Shown here: positions 50,410 through 62,874 of the stretch, one piece after another
Numbering within the stretch: position 1 is the stretch's first letter
Layout: each line of letters starts with the position of its first letter
NCBI RefSeq assembly: GCF_964194025.1
Contig: NC_134470.1
Span: forward strand, 65,038,001 to 65,102,000
DNA from: Convolutriloba macropyga
Taxonomy: Eukaryota
Length of the DNA stretch: 64,000 nucleotides
Direction: 5' to 3'
Position numbers and translations under genes: made by a program
The notes under the pieces: model-generated
What the model was told of the DNA's origin: nothing
Databases searched by the model: none
What the model saw: only the letters and a program-made list of their open reading frames with translations

Positions 50410-53400
50410 GGTAGCTGCAAAGCGAAATGCCATCTCAATAGACAGCTAGTACTAGCATTTCGTAAATCCGTCAACAATTCAGCATTTTATTAATTGCGTT
50501 CTAATTGACACCTCCGTAGTTCTTAGATACTCTAAACATGTACAACATTGATGCGTAGACATTTGACATCTGTGATGATGAGTGTTGACAAGAGTTACAA
50601 AAACAGTGCAATCATTGTTCACGATTCATCAAAAAAGGCATTATTGACAAGTGTGGCGGACAATTCTAAAATTGTCGTCAAAAATTGAGCTCAATTCGAT
50701 TAGTGTCACAAGTTTCCACCCATGTTTACAACCTTAATCTTAAAACCGGATCCTGGAGAATAGCAAAATTTTCGAGTACAATTACTCAAGCAAATTTTGT
50801 TTCTGCAACGTAAGGTTAAATCAATTGTTCAAAAATTAAACAGTGAACGTATTTCAGAAAACAATTCCTTATATATTTATAAAATACAAACCTAAATCAA
50901 CTAACGCCGGATGAAAATCTTTCGAATGAACGACTGGGGCGTAATTCAGAACAAGCGCAACTCGGAAATGTTTTATTGGTGCCCCACTAGGTTTTTAACC
51001 CTTACTTCAAGGTTGTCAGCCATATTCTTTACGCTGCGCTACAACGCCTTTGTGTTTTAACTTTTCAGTTCCTAAGGTGAAAATCACAATATTCAATCAA
51101 AATGAGTTCCACTGAAACTGTATCTGCTGTTGCGAGCACTGTCTTCTTTGTAAAAAAGAATATAATTTATGAAATAGCTGTGAATATACATTGAATTGTT
51201 TAAATTTAAACTAAGCAAAAAATTTTGTGCGCTTTTTCTCAGTAAAAAACAAAATAGTCAAAAAAGAAGTAAAACAATTAGCGTTCCAGCTTTCTGATAA
51301 ATTATAATTTGGATGATAAACAAATTTGCGATTTAATTCAGTTAGGATACAGACTTGGTATGTTTGTTAAAAGTTCAGGGTCATCGAAATTTCTAAGCGT
51401 CAAACAATTTCAGCCGAAAAATACCTAGAACAAAATAGATCTCTAACATTTTGTAGAATGATTGCTCTTTTTTGGTTAATAAGAATAGAAAGTTTTTTAG
51501 AACTGATTGGAGAATGAGAAGACTTGCAGTGATTTTCAAGTTAATATGATTTGAAATCATCTCTTTTTGCCTTCCAATGACCTTCATTAACACAAAGTTA
51601 AAAACTATTGATGCGGAAACATTTGATAATTTTATTTAGATGATGGTTGATTTTGATTTTTGATACGGAAAATAAACGTCCTATCTGAAAAATTTTTTTG
51701 TTAACGCAAACGCTCTTAACTTCATGAGAAATAGATATACAATTGGCTGGTTAACGTAGCTGCAACGCGAATTTTCTTCTTAATTGACAGTTAGCACTGC
51801 AATGGTCATTTCGTAAATCCGTCAACAACTAAGCAATTTATAAATTCCGTTTTATTTGACACCGCCGTAGTACTCAGATACTCTAAGCACGAGACTTTGT
51901 GATGACGAGTGCTGACAAAAATTACATAAACAGTGCAACCATGGTTCACGTTTATTCAAAAAAAGCATGATTGACAAGTTTGGGAAAAATTCCAAAATTG
52001 TCGTCAAAAATTGAGCTCTATTCAATTAGGGTCACAATTTTCAGCTCATGTTTACAACCTTAATCTTAAAACAGGATCGTAGAGAATAGTAATTTTTTTA
52101 GTACAATTACTCAAACAAAGTTTGTTTCTGCACCATAAGGTCAAATCAATTTTTCAAAGAGTAAATAATAAAAGTTTTATCGGAAAATAATTCCTTATAT
52201 ATTTATAAAATACAAACCTAAATCAACTAACGCCGGATGAAAATCTTTCGAATGAACGACTGGGGCGTAATTCAGAACAAGCGCAACTCGGAAATGTTTT
52301 ATTGGTGCCCCACTAGGTTTTTAACCCTTACTTCAAGGTTGTCAGCCATATTCTTTACGCTGCGCTACAACGCCTTTGTGTTTTAACTTTTCAGTTCCTA
52401 AGGTGAAAATCACAATATTCAATCAAAATTAGTTCCACTGAAACTGTATCTGCTGTTGCGAGCACTGTCTTCTTTGTAAAAAAGAATATAATTTATGAAA
52501 TAGCTGTGAATATACATTGAATTGTTTAAATTTAAACTAAGCAAAAAATTTTGTGCGCTTTTTCTCAGTAAAAAACAAAATAGTCAAAAAAGAAGTAAAA
52601 CAATTAGCGTTCCAGCTTTCTGATAAATTATAATTTGGATGATAAACAAATTTGCGATTTAATTCAGTTAGGATACAGACTTGGTATGTTTGTTAAAAGT
52701 TCAGGGTCATCGAAATTTCTAAGCGTCAAACAATTTCAGCCGAAAAATACCTAGAACAAAATAGATCTCTAACATTTTGTAGAATGATTGCTCGTTTTTG
52801 GTTAATAAGAATAGAAAGTTTTTTAGAACTGACTGGAGAATGAGAAGACTTGCAGTGATTTTCAAGTTAATATGATTTGAAATCATCTCTTTTTGCCTTC
52901 CAATGACCTTCATTAACACAAAGTTAAAAACTATTGATGCGGAAACATTTGATAATTTTATTTAGATGATGGTTGATTTTGATTTTTGATACGGAAAATA
53001 AACGTCCTATCTGGAAAAACTGTTTTCTAAATTAACACAAACGCTCTTAACTTCATGAGAATTAGATATATTATTCGCTGGTCAAAATAGCTGCAAAAAA
53101 ATTTTCTTTTCAATCGACAGTTAGCACTGCAATTGTAATTTCGTAAATCCGTCAACAACTAAGCATTTTATTAATTGCGTTTTATTTGACACCATCGTAG
53201 TTCTCTGATACTCTAAGCACGTACAACATTGACGCAGAGACATTTGTGACGTTGATTGTTGACAAGAGTTACAAAAACAGTGCAACCATGGTTCGCGATT
53301 AATCAAAAGAGGCATGATTGACAACTTTGGGGAAAATTCCAAAATTGTCGTCAAAAATTGAGCTCTATTCAATTACGGTCACAATTTTCAGCTCATGTTT

Positions 53401-56400
53401 ACAACTTTGATCTTAAAACAGGATCGTAGAGAATAGTAATTTTTTTAGTACAATTACTCAAACAAAGTTTGTTTCTGCACCATAAGGTCAAATCAATTTT
53501 TCAAAGAGTAAATAATAAAAGTTTTATCGGAAAATAATCCCTTACATATTCAAAAAATACAGACCTAAACCAACTAACGTGGGATGAAAATCTCTCGAAT
53601 GAACGACTGGGGCGTAATTCAGAACAAGCGCAACTCGGAAATGTTTTATTGGTGCCCCAATAGGTTTCGAACCCTTACTTCAAGGTTGGCAGCCATATTC
53701 TTTACACTGCGCTACAACGCCTTTGTGTTTTAACTTTTCAGTTCCTAAGGTGAAAATCACAATATTCAATCAAAATGAGTTCCACTGAAACTGTATCTGA
53801 TATTGCGAGCACTGTTTTTTCGTAAATATGAATATTTAAACATTTAGCGTTCCAGCTTTTTGATAGATTTTAGTTTGAATAATTTACGATTGTGCGACTT
53901 AATTCAGTTAGAATACATACTCGGTATGTCTGTTTAAAATTCTGAGTCATCGTAGTTTCTAAGCGTCAAACAACTTCAGAAAAATACTTAACATAAAATA
54001 GGTCTTCTCTAACATTTTGTAGTGATTGCTCTTTTTTGGTTGATAACAGTAGAAATTTTTTGGAACTGATTGGAGAATGAGATGACTTGCAGGGATTTTC
54101 GAATTAATCTGATTTGAAATCACCTCTTTTTGCTTTCTTATGACCTTCGTGAAAAAAGTATAAAAAGTATCGATGAGGAAACATTTTATTATTTACTTAG
54201 ATGATGGTAGGTTTTGATCTTTGAAACAGGAAAAAAGCGTCCTATCTGAAAATTTTTTTGTTAACGCACACGCTCTTAACTTCTTGAGAAATAGATATAC
54301 AATTCGCTGGTTAATGTAGATGCAATGCAAACTTTCTTCTCAATTGACAGTTAGCACTGCATTGGTCATTTCGTAAATCCGTCAACAACTAAGCAATTTA
54401 TAAATTCCGTTTTATTTGACACCACCGTAGTACTCAGATACTCTAAGCACGAGACTTTGTGATGACGAGTGCTGACAAAAATTACATAAACAGTGCAACC
54501 ATGGTTCACGTTTATTCAAAAAAAGCATGATTGACAAGTTTGGGAAAAATTCCAAAATTGTCGTCAAAAATTGAGCTCTATTCAATTAGGGTCACAACTT
54601 TCAGCTCATGTTTACAACCTTAATCTTAAAACAGGATCCTGGAGAATAGTAAAACTTTCGAGTACAATTACTCATGTAAAGTTTGTTCCTGCACCATAAG
54701 GTTAAATCAATTGTTCAAAGAGTAAACAATAAATGTTTTTCAGAAAACAATTGCCTTTATATTCAAAAAACACAAATCTAAACCAACTAACGTCGGATGA
54801 ATTGCTCTCGAATGAATGACTGGGGCGTAGTTCAGAACAGGCGCAACTGGGAAATGTTTTATGTTTGCTCCATTAGGTTTCGAACACTTAATTCAAGGTT
54901 ATCAGCCATATTCCTTACACTGTGCTACAACCTCTTTTTTTGTTTTAACTTTTCAGTTCTTAGTGTGAAAATCACAATATTCAATCAAAATGGGTTCCAC
55001 TGAGACTGTATCTGATATTGCGAGCACTGTCTTCTTTGTAAAAAAGAATATAATTTATGAAATAGCTGTGAATATACATTGAATTGTTTAAATTTAAACT
55101 AAGCAAAAAATTTTGTGCGCTTTTTCTCAGTAAAAAACAAAATAGTCAAAAAAGAAGTAAAACAATTAGCGTTCCAGCTTTCTGATAAATTATAATTTGG
55201 ATGATAAACAAATTTGCGATTTAATTCAGTTAGGATACAGACTTGGTATGTTTGTTAAAAGTTCAGGGTCATCGAAATTTCTAAGCGTCAAACAATTTCA
55301 GCCGAAAAATACCTAGAACAAAATAGATCTCTAACATTTTGTAGAATGATTGCTCTTTTTTGGTTAATAAGAATAGAAAGTTTTTTAGAACTGATTGGAG
55401 AATGAGAAGACTTGCAGTGATTTTCAAGTTAATATGATTTGAAATCATCTCTTTTTGCCTTCCAATGACCTTCATTAACACAAAGTTAAAAACTATTGAT
55501 GCGGAAACATTTGATAATTTTATTTAGATGATGGTTGATTTTGATTTTTGATACGGAAAATAAACGTCCTATCTGAAAAATTTTTTTGTGAACGCAAACG
55601 CTCTTAACTTCATGAGAAATAGATATACAATTGGCTGGTTAACGTAGCTGCAACGCGAATTTTCTTCTTAATTGACAGTTAGCACTGCAATGGTCATTTC
55701 GTAAATCCGTCAACAACTAAGCAATTTATAAATTCCGTTTTATTTGACACCGCCGTAGTACTCAGATACTCTAAGCACGAGACTTTGTGATGACGAGTGC
55801 TGACAAAAATTACATAAACAGTGCAACCATGGTTCACGTTTATTCAAAAAAAGCATGATTGACAAGTGTGGGGACTATTCCAAAATTGTTGTCAAAAATT
55901 GAGCTCTATTCAATTACGGTCACAATTTTCAGCTCATGTTTACAACCTTAATCATAAAACAGGATCCTGGAGAATAGTAAAACTTTCGAGTACAATTACT
56001 CATGTAAAGTTTGTTCCTGCACCATAAGGTTAAATCAATTGTTCAAAGAGTAAACAATAAATGTTTTTCAGAAAACAATTGCCTTTATATTCAAAAAACA
56101 CAAATCTAAACCAACTAACGTCGGATGAATTGCTCTCGAATGAATGACTGGGGCGTAGTTCAGAACAGGCGCAACTGGGAAATGTTTTATGTTTGCTCCA
56201 TTAGGTTTCGAACACTTAATTCAAGGTTATCAGCCATATTCCTTACACTGTGCTACAACCTCTTTTTTTGTTTTAACTTTTCAGTTCTTAGTGTGAAAAT
56301 CACAATATTCAATCAAAATGGGTTCCACTGAGACTGTATCTGATATTGCAAGCACTTTTTTTGTAAATATGAATATAGTTTATGAAAAAGCTTTGAAGTA

Positions 56401-59400
56401 TTTAATTTTAAACTCAGCAAAAAAATTTTGTAAGCTATTTCTCTGTAAAAACCCAAATTGTCAAAAAGAAGTAAAACGTTTAGCGTTCCAGCTTTTTGAT
56501 AGATTGTAATTTGGATAATGTACGATTGTGCGACTTAATTTAGTTAGAATACATACTCGGTATGTCTGTTTAAAATTCTGAGTCACCGTAGTTTCTAAGC
56601 GTCAAACAACTTCAGAAAATTTTTTAACATACAATAGGTCTTCTCTAACATTTTGTAGTGATTGCTCTTTTTTGGTTGATAACAGTAGAAATTTTTTGGA
56701 ACTGATTGGAGAATGAGATGACTTGCAGGGATTTTCGAATTAATCTGATTTGAAATCACCTCTTTTTGCTTTCTTATGACCTTCGTGAAAAAAGTATAAA
56801 AAGTGTCAATGAGGAAACATTTTATTATTTACTTAGATGATGGTAGGTTTTGATCTTTGAAACAGGAAAAAAGCGTCCTATCTGAAAATTTTTTTGTTAA
56901 CGCACACGCTCTTAACTTCTTGAGAAATAGATATACAATTCGCTGGTTAATGTAGATGCAATGCAAACTTTCTTCTCAATTGACAGTTAGCACTGCATTG
57001 GTCATTTCGTAAATCCGTCAACAACTAAGCAATTTATAAATTCCGTTTTATTTGACACCACCGTAGTACTCAGATACTCTAAGCACATACAACATTGATG
57101 GGGAGACATTTGTGATAATGAGCGCTCACAAGCGTTATATAAACAGTGCAACCATGGTTCACGATTATTCAAAAAAGGCATGATTGACAAGTGTGGGGAC
57201 TGTTCCAAAATTGTCGTCAAAAATTGAGCTCATTTCGATTACGGTAACAATTTTCAGTTCATGTGTACAACCTTAATCTTAAAACAGGAAAAAGGTAAGA
57301 GCGTTTACGTTAACAAAAAAACGTTTTTCAGATAGGACGCTTTTTTCCTTAATCTTAATCTTTGAAGTTGTAAACATCAAAGATGTTTACAACTTCAAAG
57401 TGATTGCTCACTTTTGGTTCATGACAGAAGAGTTTTTTTGGAAATGATTGGAGAATGAGATGACTCTCAAGGATTTTCAAATTAATCTGAGGTATACATT
57501 GAATTGTTCAATTTTAATCTTTGAAGTTGTAAACGTCTTTGAAGTTGCTTACAACCTTAATCTTAAAAAAACCTTACTCTTTGAAGTATACATTGAATTG
57601 CTTATTTTCAAACTCAGCAAAAAAAAATTTTGTAAGCTATTTCTCAGTAAAAAACCGAATTGTCAAAAAGGAAGTAAAACATTTAGCGTTGCAGCTTTTT
57701 GATAGATGGTAATTTGGATAATGTACGATTATGCGACTTAATTCAGTTAGAACACAGACTCGGTATGTCTGTTAAAAATTCTGAGTCACCGTAGTTTCTA
57801 AGCTTTAAACAACATCAGAAAAAATACTTTGAATGAAATAGGTTTTCTCTAACATTTTGTAGTGATTGCTCTTTTTTGGTTGAAAACAATAGAAACTTTT
57901 TTGGAACTGATTGGAGAATGAGATGACTTGCAGAAATTTTCAAATTAATCTGTTTTGGAATAACTTCTTTTTGCTTTCTTATGTCCTTCGTGAAAAAATT
58001 ATAAAAAATATCGAGGCGGAAACATTTGATAATTTACTTAGATGATGGTAGGTTTTGATTTTTGAAACAAGAAAAAAGCGTCCTATCTGAAAAACTTTTT
58101 TGTTAACGCAAACGCTCTTAACTTCATGAGAAATAGATATACAATTCGCTGGTTAACGTAGCTGCAATGCGAATTTTCTTCTCAATTGACAGTTAGCACT
58201 GCAATGGTCATTTCGTAAATCCGTCAACAACTAAGCAATTTATAAATTCCGTTTTATTTGACACCACCGTAGTACTCAGATACTCTAAGCACGAACATCA
58301 TTGATGCGGAGACATTTGTGATGACGAGTGCTGACAAAAGTTACATAAACAGTGCAACCATGGTTCACGTTTATTCAAAAAAAGCATGATTGACAAGTGT
58401 GGGGACTATTCCAAAATTGTCGTCAAAAATTGAGCTCTTTTCAATTACGGTCACAATTTTCAGCTCATGTTTACAACCTTAATCTTAAAACAGGATCGTA
58501 GAGAATAGTAAGTTTTTTTTAGCACAATTACTCAAACAAAGTTTGTTTCTGCACCATAAGGTTAAATCAATTTTTCAAAGAGTAAATAATAAATGTTTTA
58601 TCGGAAAATAATTCCTTATATATTCAAAAAATACAGACCTAAACCAACTAACGTGGGATGAAAATCTCTCAAATGAACGACTGGGGCGTAATTCAGAACA
58701 AGCGCAACTCGGAAATGTTTTATTGGTGCCCCAATAGGTTTCGAACCCTTACTTCAAGGTTGGCAGCCATATTCTTTACACTGCGCTACAACGCCTTTGT
58801 GTTTTAACTTTTCAGTTCCTAAGGTGAAAATCACAATATTCAATCAAAATGAGTTCCACTGAAACTGTATCTGATATTGCGAGCACTGTTTTTTCGTAAA
58901 TATGAATATAGTTTATGAAAAAGCTTTGAAGTATTTAATTTTAAACTAAAAAAATTTTGTAAGCTATTCTAAGTAAAAAGCCAAATTGTCAAAAAGAAGT
59001 AAAACATTTAGCGTTCCAGCTTTTTGATAGATTGTAATTTGGATAATTTACGATTGCGCGACTTAATTCAGTTAGAATACATACTCGGTATGTCTGTTTA
59101 AAATTCTGAGTCACCGTAGTTTATAAGCGTCAAACAACTTCAGAAAAATACTTAACATAAAATAGGTCTTCTCTAACATTTTGTAGTGATTGCTCTTTTT
59201 TGGTTGATAACAGTAGAAATTTTTTGGAACTGATTGGAGAATGAGATGACTTGCAAGGATTTTCAAATTAATCTGATTTGTAATCACCTCTGTTTGCTTT
59301 CTAATGATCTTCGTGAAAAAAAGTATAAAGAATATCAATGCAGAAACATTTGATAATTTTACTTAGATGATGGTTGGTTTTGAACTTTGATACAGGAAAA

Positions 59401-59488
59401 AAAACGTCCTATCTGAAAAACTTTTTTTCTAAGTTAACGCAAACGCTCTTAACTTCATGAGAATTAGATATACAATTCGCTAGTCAAA
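50410..59488. repeat. Tandem array of seven ~1.2-1.35-kb units
   Basis: Marker CGTAAATCCGTCAACAA recurs at 50461, 51812, 53142, 54372, 55700, 57008 and 58214; near-identical short ORFs repeat in the ORF track. Confidence 0.95.
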
Positions 59489-59523
59489 GTATTCTTATTG
59501 CTGTCCAGAGGAAAAATTTAAAA

Positions 59524-59542
59524 TATATATATATATATATAT
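59524..59542. repeat. (TA)n microsatellite
   Basis: About 9 TA units. Confidence 0.85.
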
Positions 59543-60704
59543 TTTGTTTTTTCAGTACTCGTGGCGGAGTGATCAACAATAATTGAAAGAAAAAATAATT
59601 ATATTAGAAATATAATTATTTTTTTGTATGTTCTGTTATTTCGCCCATCATGATGCAGGAGAATTTTTGCCCAGAATGCAGGATTCCCCGAGAATTCCCA
59701 ATAAACTTCGAACCCATTATGTTTTTCAAATCTACTGGTCACTGACAACCATTAAACCGTAGCTGTTGGTTGTGGGTCTCTTGTCCCACTTCGACCCATG
59801 CTGGTTTGTTCCAGTTGACACTTAGATCGTCTAGCCTAAGAACTGTGGTTGGTTGGGACAAACGGCAATTAGCTTCACAATACTCCATAAAGCACTGAGA
59901 AATTTAAAACAAGGTCTAAATTTAACGAAAATTTTGTTGACCTTAAAAAGCGCAATACTTTTAATTAAAATTTGTGAATCCGACGGAATTTTCCAACAAT
60001 TAGCAATCAGTGTGCTTGTTACAGTTTCAGAAACCTCCAAAAATACGAAGAAACTAAATTCATGTCGACATTATTTCTGAAATGCTTTTGACAGAATTTT
60101 TAACACAAAAGGTGGAGCTTCCTTTTGCTGGATTAGATGACGAATATTTTTCAAACACTTCTACTGTTGATACACGGGCGATGAACCGACCTACTTTTTA
60201 GGTCTTGCTTTGAAACGAAATTATAACTAACTCCGCAAAATGGATTCGGAAATTATTCAAAATGCAATAGTTCATAAGCGTTTTAAACGAAAACAACAAT
60301 TATTATTTTTAGTTATTTTCATCGTTTCATTATATTTTTTATATTTCAAACTGCGTCATTTTTCAAACTCTTAACTATGTTTCCGAAATTCACTCTTATG
60401 TTGAAAAATGAGCGTAACATTTGGGTGTTTGGGTGGTCCTGTTTTGTATTCTTGTTCGTCTCAATTAGCAATAAATTATGAGAGCTAGAAGAAGATTGAA
60501 ACTGCAAATTAATAGCAACAATGTTTTTCTAGTTGAAATGAGCTGCTCTCCCGTTTTTATTTTATTGCCTCTCAAAATCTTTTATTAGGTGACATAAAAA
60601 TGAATCTAGAATCCCCATTGAGTAAATTTGCATTGAAATGAAGCTTTTATTTAACAATATTAAATTATTTGTAATTTATTGTAACTAATGTTAAATTGAA
60701 TGTT

Positions 60705-62614
60705 GTTAACAATTGTCACAATTTAATAAGAAAGAAGAAGCAACTGAAGCTTTCAAGGAATTTTCACATTTAGGTTTTATGAGAACTGGATCAGAGAACA
60801 TGACCAACATTTTCAGAGCAAAGACAAAACAACAACCCGGGAAAAAAAGTAAAGCGTTTCTATAACAGTGCACTTTAACCTACAAATACGCACAGACTTA
60901 TACTTTGATCAGGAAAACTGGATTAAGATATTATTTATTTAATTTGAGACTTTTTGGTGCAAAGAGAAAGAATTTTTGTCGGAACTCTTTTTCAAAATTT
61001 GATCGTGGCAAGGAAACTTCCATCCAAACGTAATTTCAATAGCCAGTTTGTAGTAGTTGATAACAATACATATATCTGCAATACCCTATCACAACCAATA
61101 ATTACTATCGGGTGTAAGAGTTCATCCCACCTATCCCACCCCACTTAGAATAATACCAAATAATCACAAGCGTAGTTATCGAACGATAACCGTCCCCTCT
61201 TTAGATGTCCCGATATATCATTATTAGTGTGTGTGCGTGTGTTAGTGTCGAAGTGTGTAACTTTGTGTGTGTGCTCAATTTCTAATGAATAATTGGAGGT
61301 AATGTTGTTCCCGCTTAGCATTATAGCTTCCCTGCATCAGAAAAGTGATCGCGATATTGATGAAAATCGTTCCTTGTTTCAAGTTCTTCGTTTTTGGGAA
61401 TGAAACTCATTCTTTGTGAGATTCATTTTTTCAAGGAAAAAACTTTTACTTAGCAAAACTCACTTTTTCAAGATTTGATTTTTTTTGTAACAATATCAAA
61501 ATAAATGTTAATAATTGTCACATTTTTGTAAATAAGAAAAAATAGCTGAAGTGTTTCATTGAGTATTCATTTTTTAGTATTAACAAATTTGATTAAAAGA
61601 AATTGACCACACCATTTCAACCCAGAGACCAGAAGACGACCCAGGAACTCCAAATTAATGAACAAAAGGAATGTTCAGTGATTCTAGTACAAAGCACTTC
61701 AAGCTACAAATGAGCACAAACTTATACCTTGATCACAAAATTAACCTGTCCGGACAAATCAGTCCCAGACAAAATAGTCCCAGACAAAATAGTCCCAATA
61801 AAACAGACAGAACAGTCCCAGACAAAATAGTCCCAATAAAACAGACAAAACAGTCCCAGACAAAATAGTCCCAAATTAAATATTGAAACAATTGTAAATA
61901 TAATCTACAAACAATTAACAAACATAATCTATAAGTTAAGCTTCTGAATGCGTTGTTTTTAATTGATATGAATTAAGACTAAACCAAAAACCTGTTTATA
62001 AATACATTATTAGTCAGCAACTATGTTGTAATCAGCTTAATTTTAATTCAAAGAAATACAATCATGAATACCTTAAGGGGTTTCTTTCTTCATTGATGTG
62101 CACATATTTGACTCTATCTTTAATTCGGACTATTTTGTCTGGGACTGTTTTGTCTGCTTTCTTGGGAATATTTTGTCTGGGACTGTTTTGTCTGGGAATA
62201 TTTTGTCTGGGACTGTTTTGTCTGTTCACCAAATTAACACCTTCTGGATTAAGATACCAATTAAACGATTTGAAGCCTTGATTCTGCTATTAGAAAGAAT
62301 TTTTGCGGGATATTTTTAACTTGATTCAAAACAAATTGACTGATTTGCAAACACAATTTTCCCACATTTGATCATGGCTACGAAGTTCCAATCAAATTGT
62401 ATTTTCATTTGCCAGACTGTAGCAGGTGAGCGCCGTACCTGTATCCACATTACCCTAGCATTCCCATGCATTTCTATCAGTGACAAGATATTATCACACC
62501 TATCCTATCGCACTTAAGGTAACACCCTAAAATCACAAGTTTAAGTATCGAGTGATAACCGCCCCCTCTCTAGGTCTTCCGGTATATTACTAATAGTGTT
62601 TGTGTGTTTGAGAG
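60705..62614 (+). repeat. Two old diverged direct copies of a ~570-bp unit (60705-61270 and 61510-62614)
   Basis: Shared motifs in the same order: AATTGTCACA, CTTATAC.TTGATC, CTGGATTAAGATA, GAAAGAATTTTTG, AATCACAAG, GATAACCG.CCCCTCT and a TG-rich tail. Confidence 0.6.
61746..62230. mobile_element. MITE with inverted 15-bp subterminal repeats (AGTCCCAGACAAAAT)
   Basis: Repeat clusters in opposite orientation at the two ends; flanking direct repeat AAATTAAC (61738-61745 and 62231-62238). Confidence 0.75.
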
Positions 62615-62814
62615 NNNNNNNNNNNNNNNNNNNNNNNNNNNNNNNNNNNNNNNNNNNNNNNNNNNNNNNNNNNNNNNNNNNNNNNNNNNNNNNNNNNNNN
62701 NNNNNNNNNNNNNNNNNNNNNNNNNNNNNNNNNNNNNNNNNNNNNNNNNNNNNNNNNNNNNNNNNNNNNNNNNNNNNNNNNNNNNNNNNNNNNNNNNNNN
62801 NNNNNNNNNNNNNN
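62615..62814. other. Assembly gap
   Basis: 200 N. Confidence 1.
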
Positions 62815-62874
62815 ACTCTTTAGTTTCACTAGTTTTCTGAGCGGCATTTTTTTTGGTTTTAAATAGAAGTTTAA

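Noticed and set aside
51393-57220. Repeated short ORFs in the array, including Cys-rich 53121-53372 and 57002-57220
   Set aside because: Frames are broken by stops and indels in other units, so there is no sign of coding constraint.
59700-59765. tRNA-like A/B boxes on the minus strand (CGGTTTAATGG, GGTTCGAA)
   Set aside because: No cloverleaf could be built; at most a decayed SINE head.
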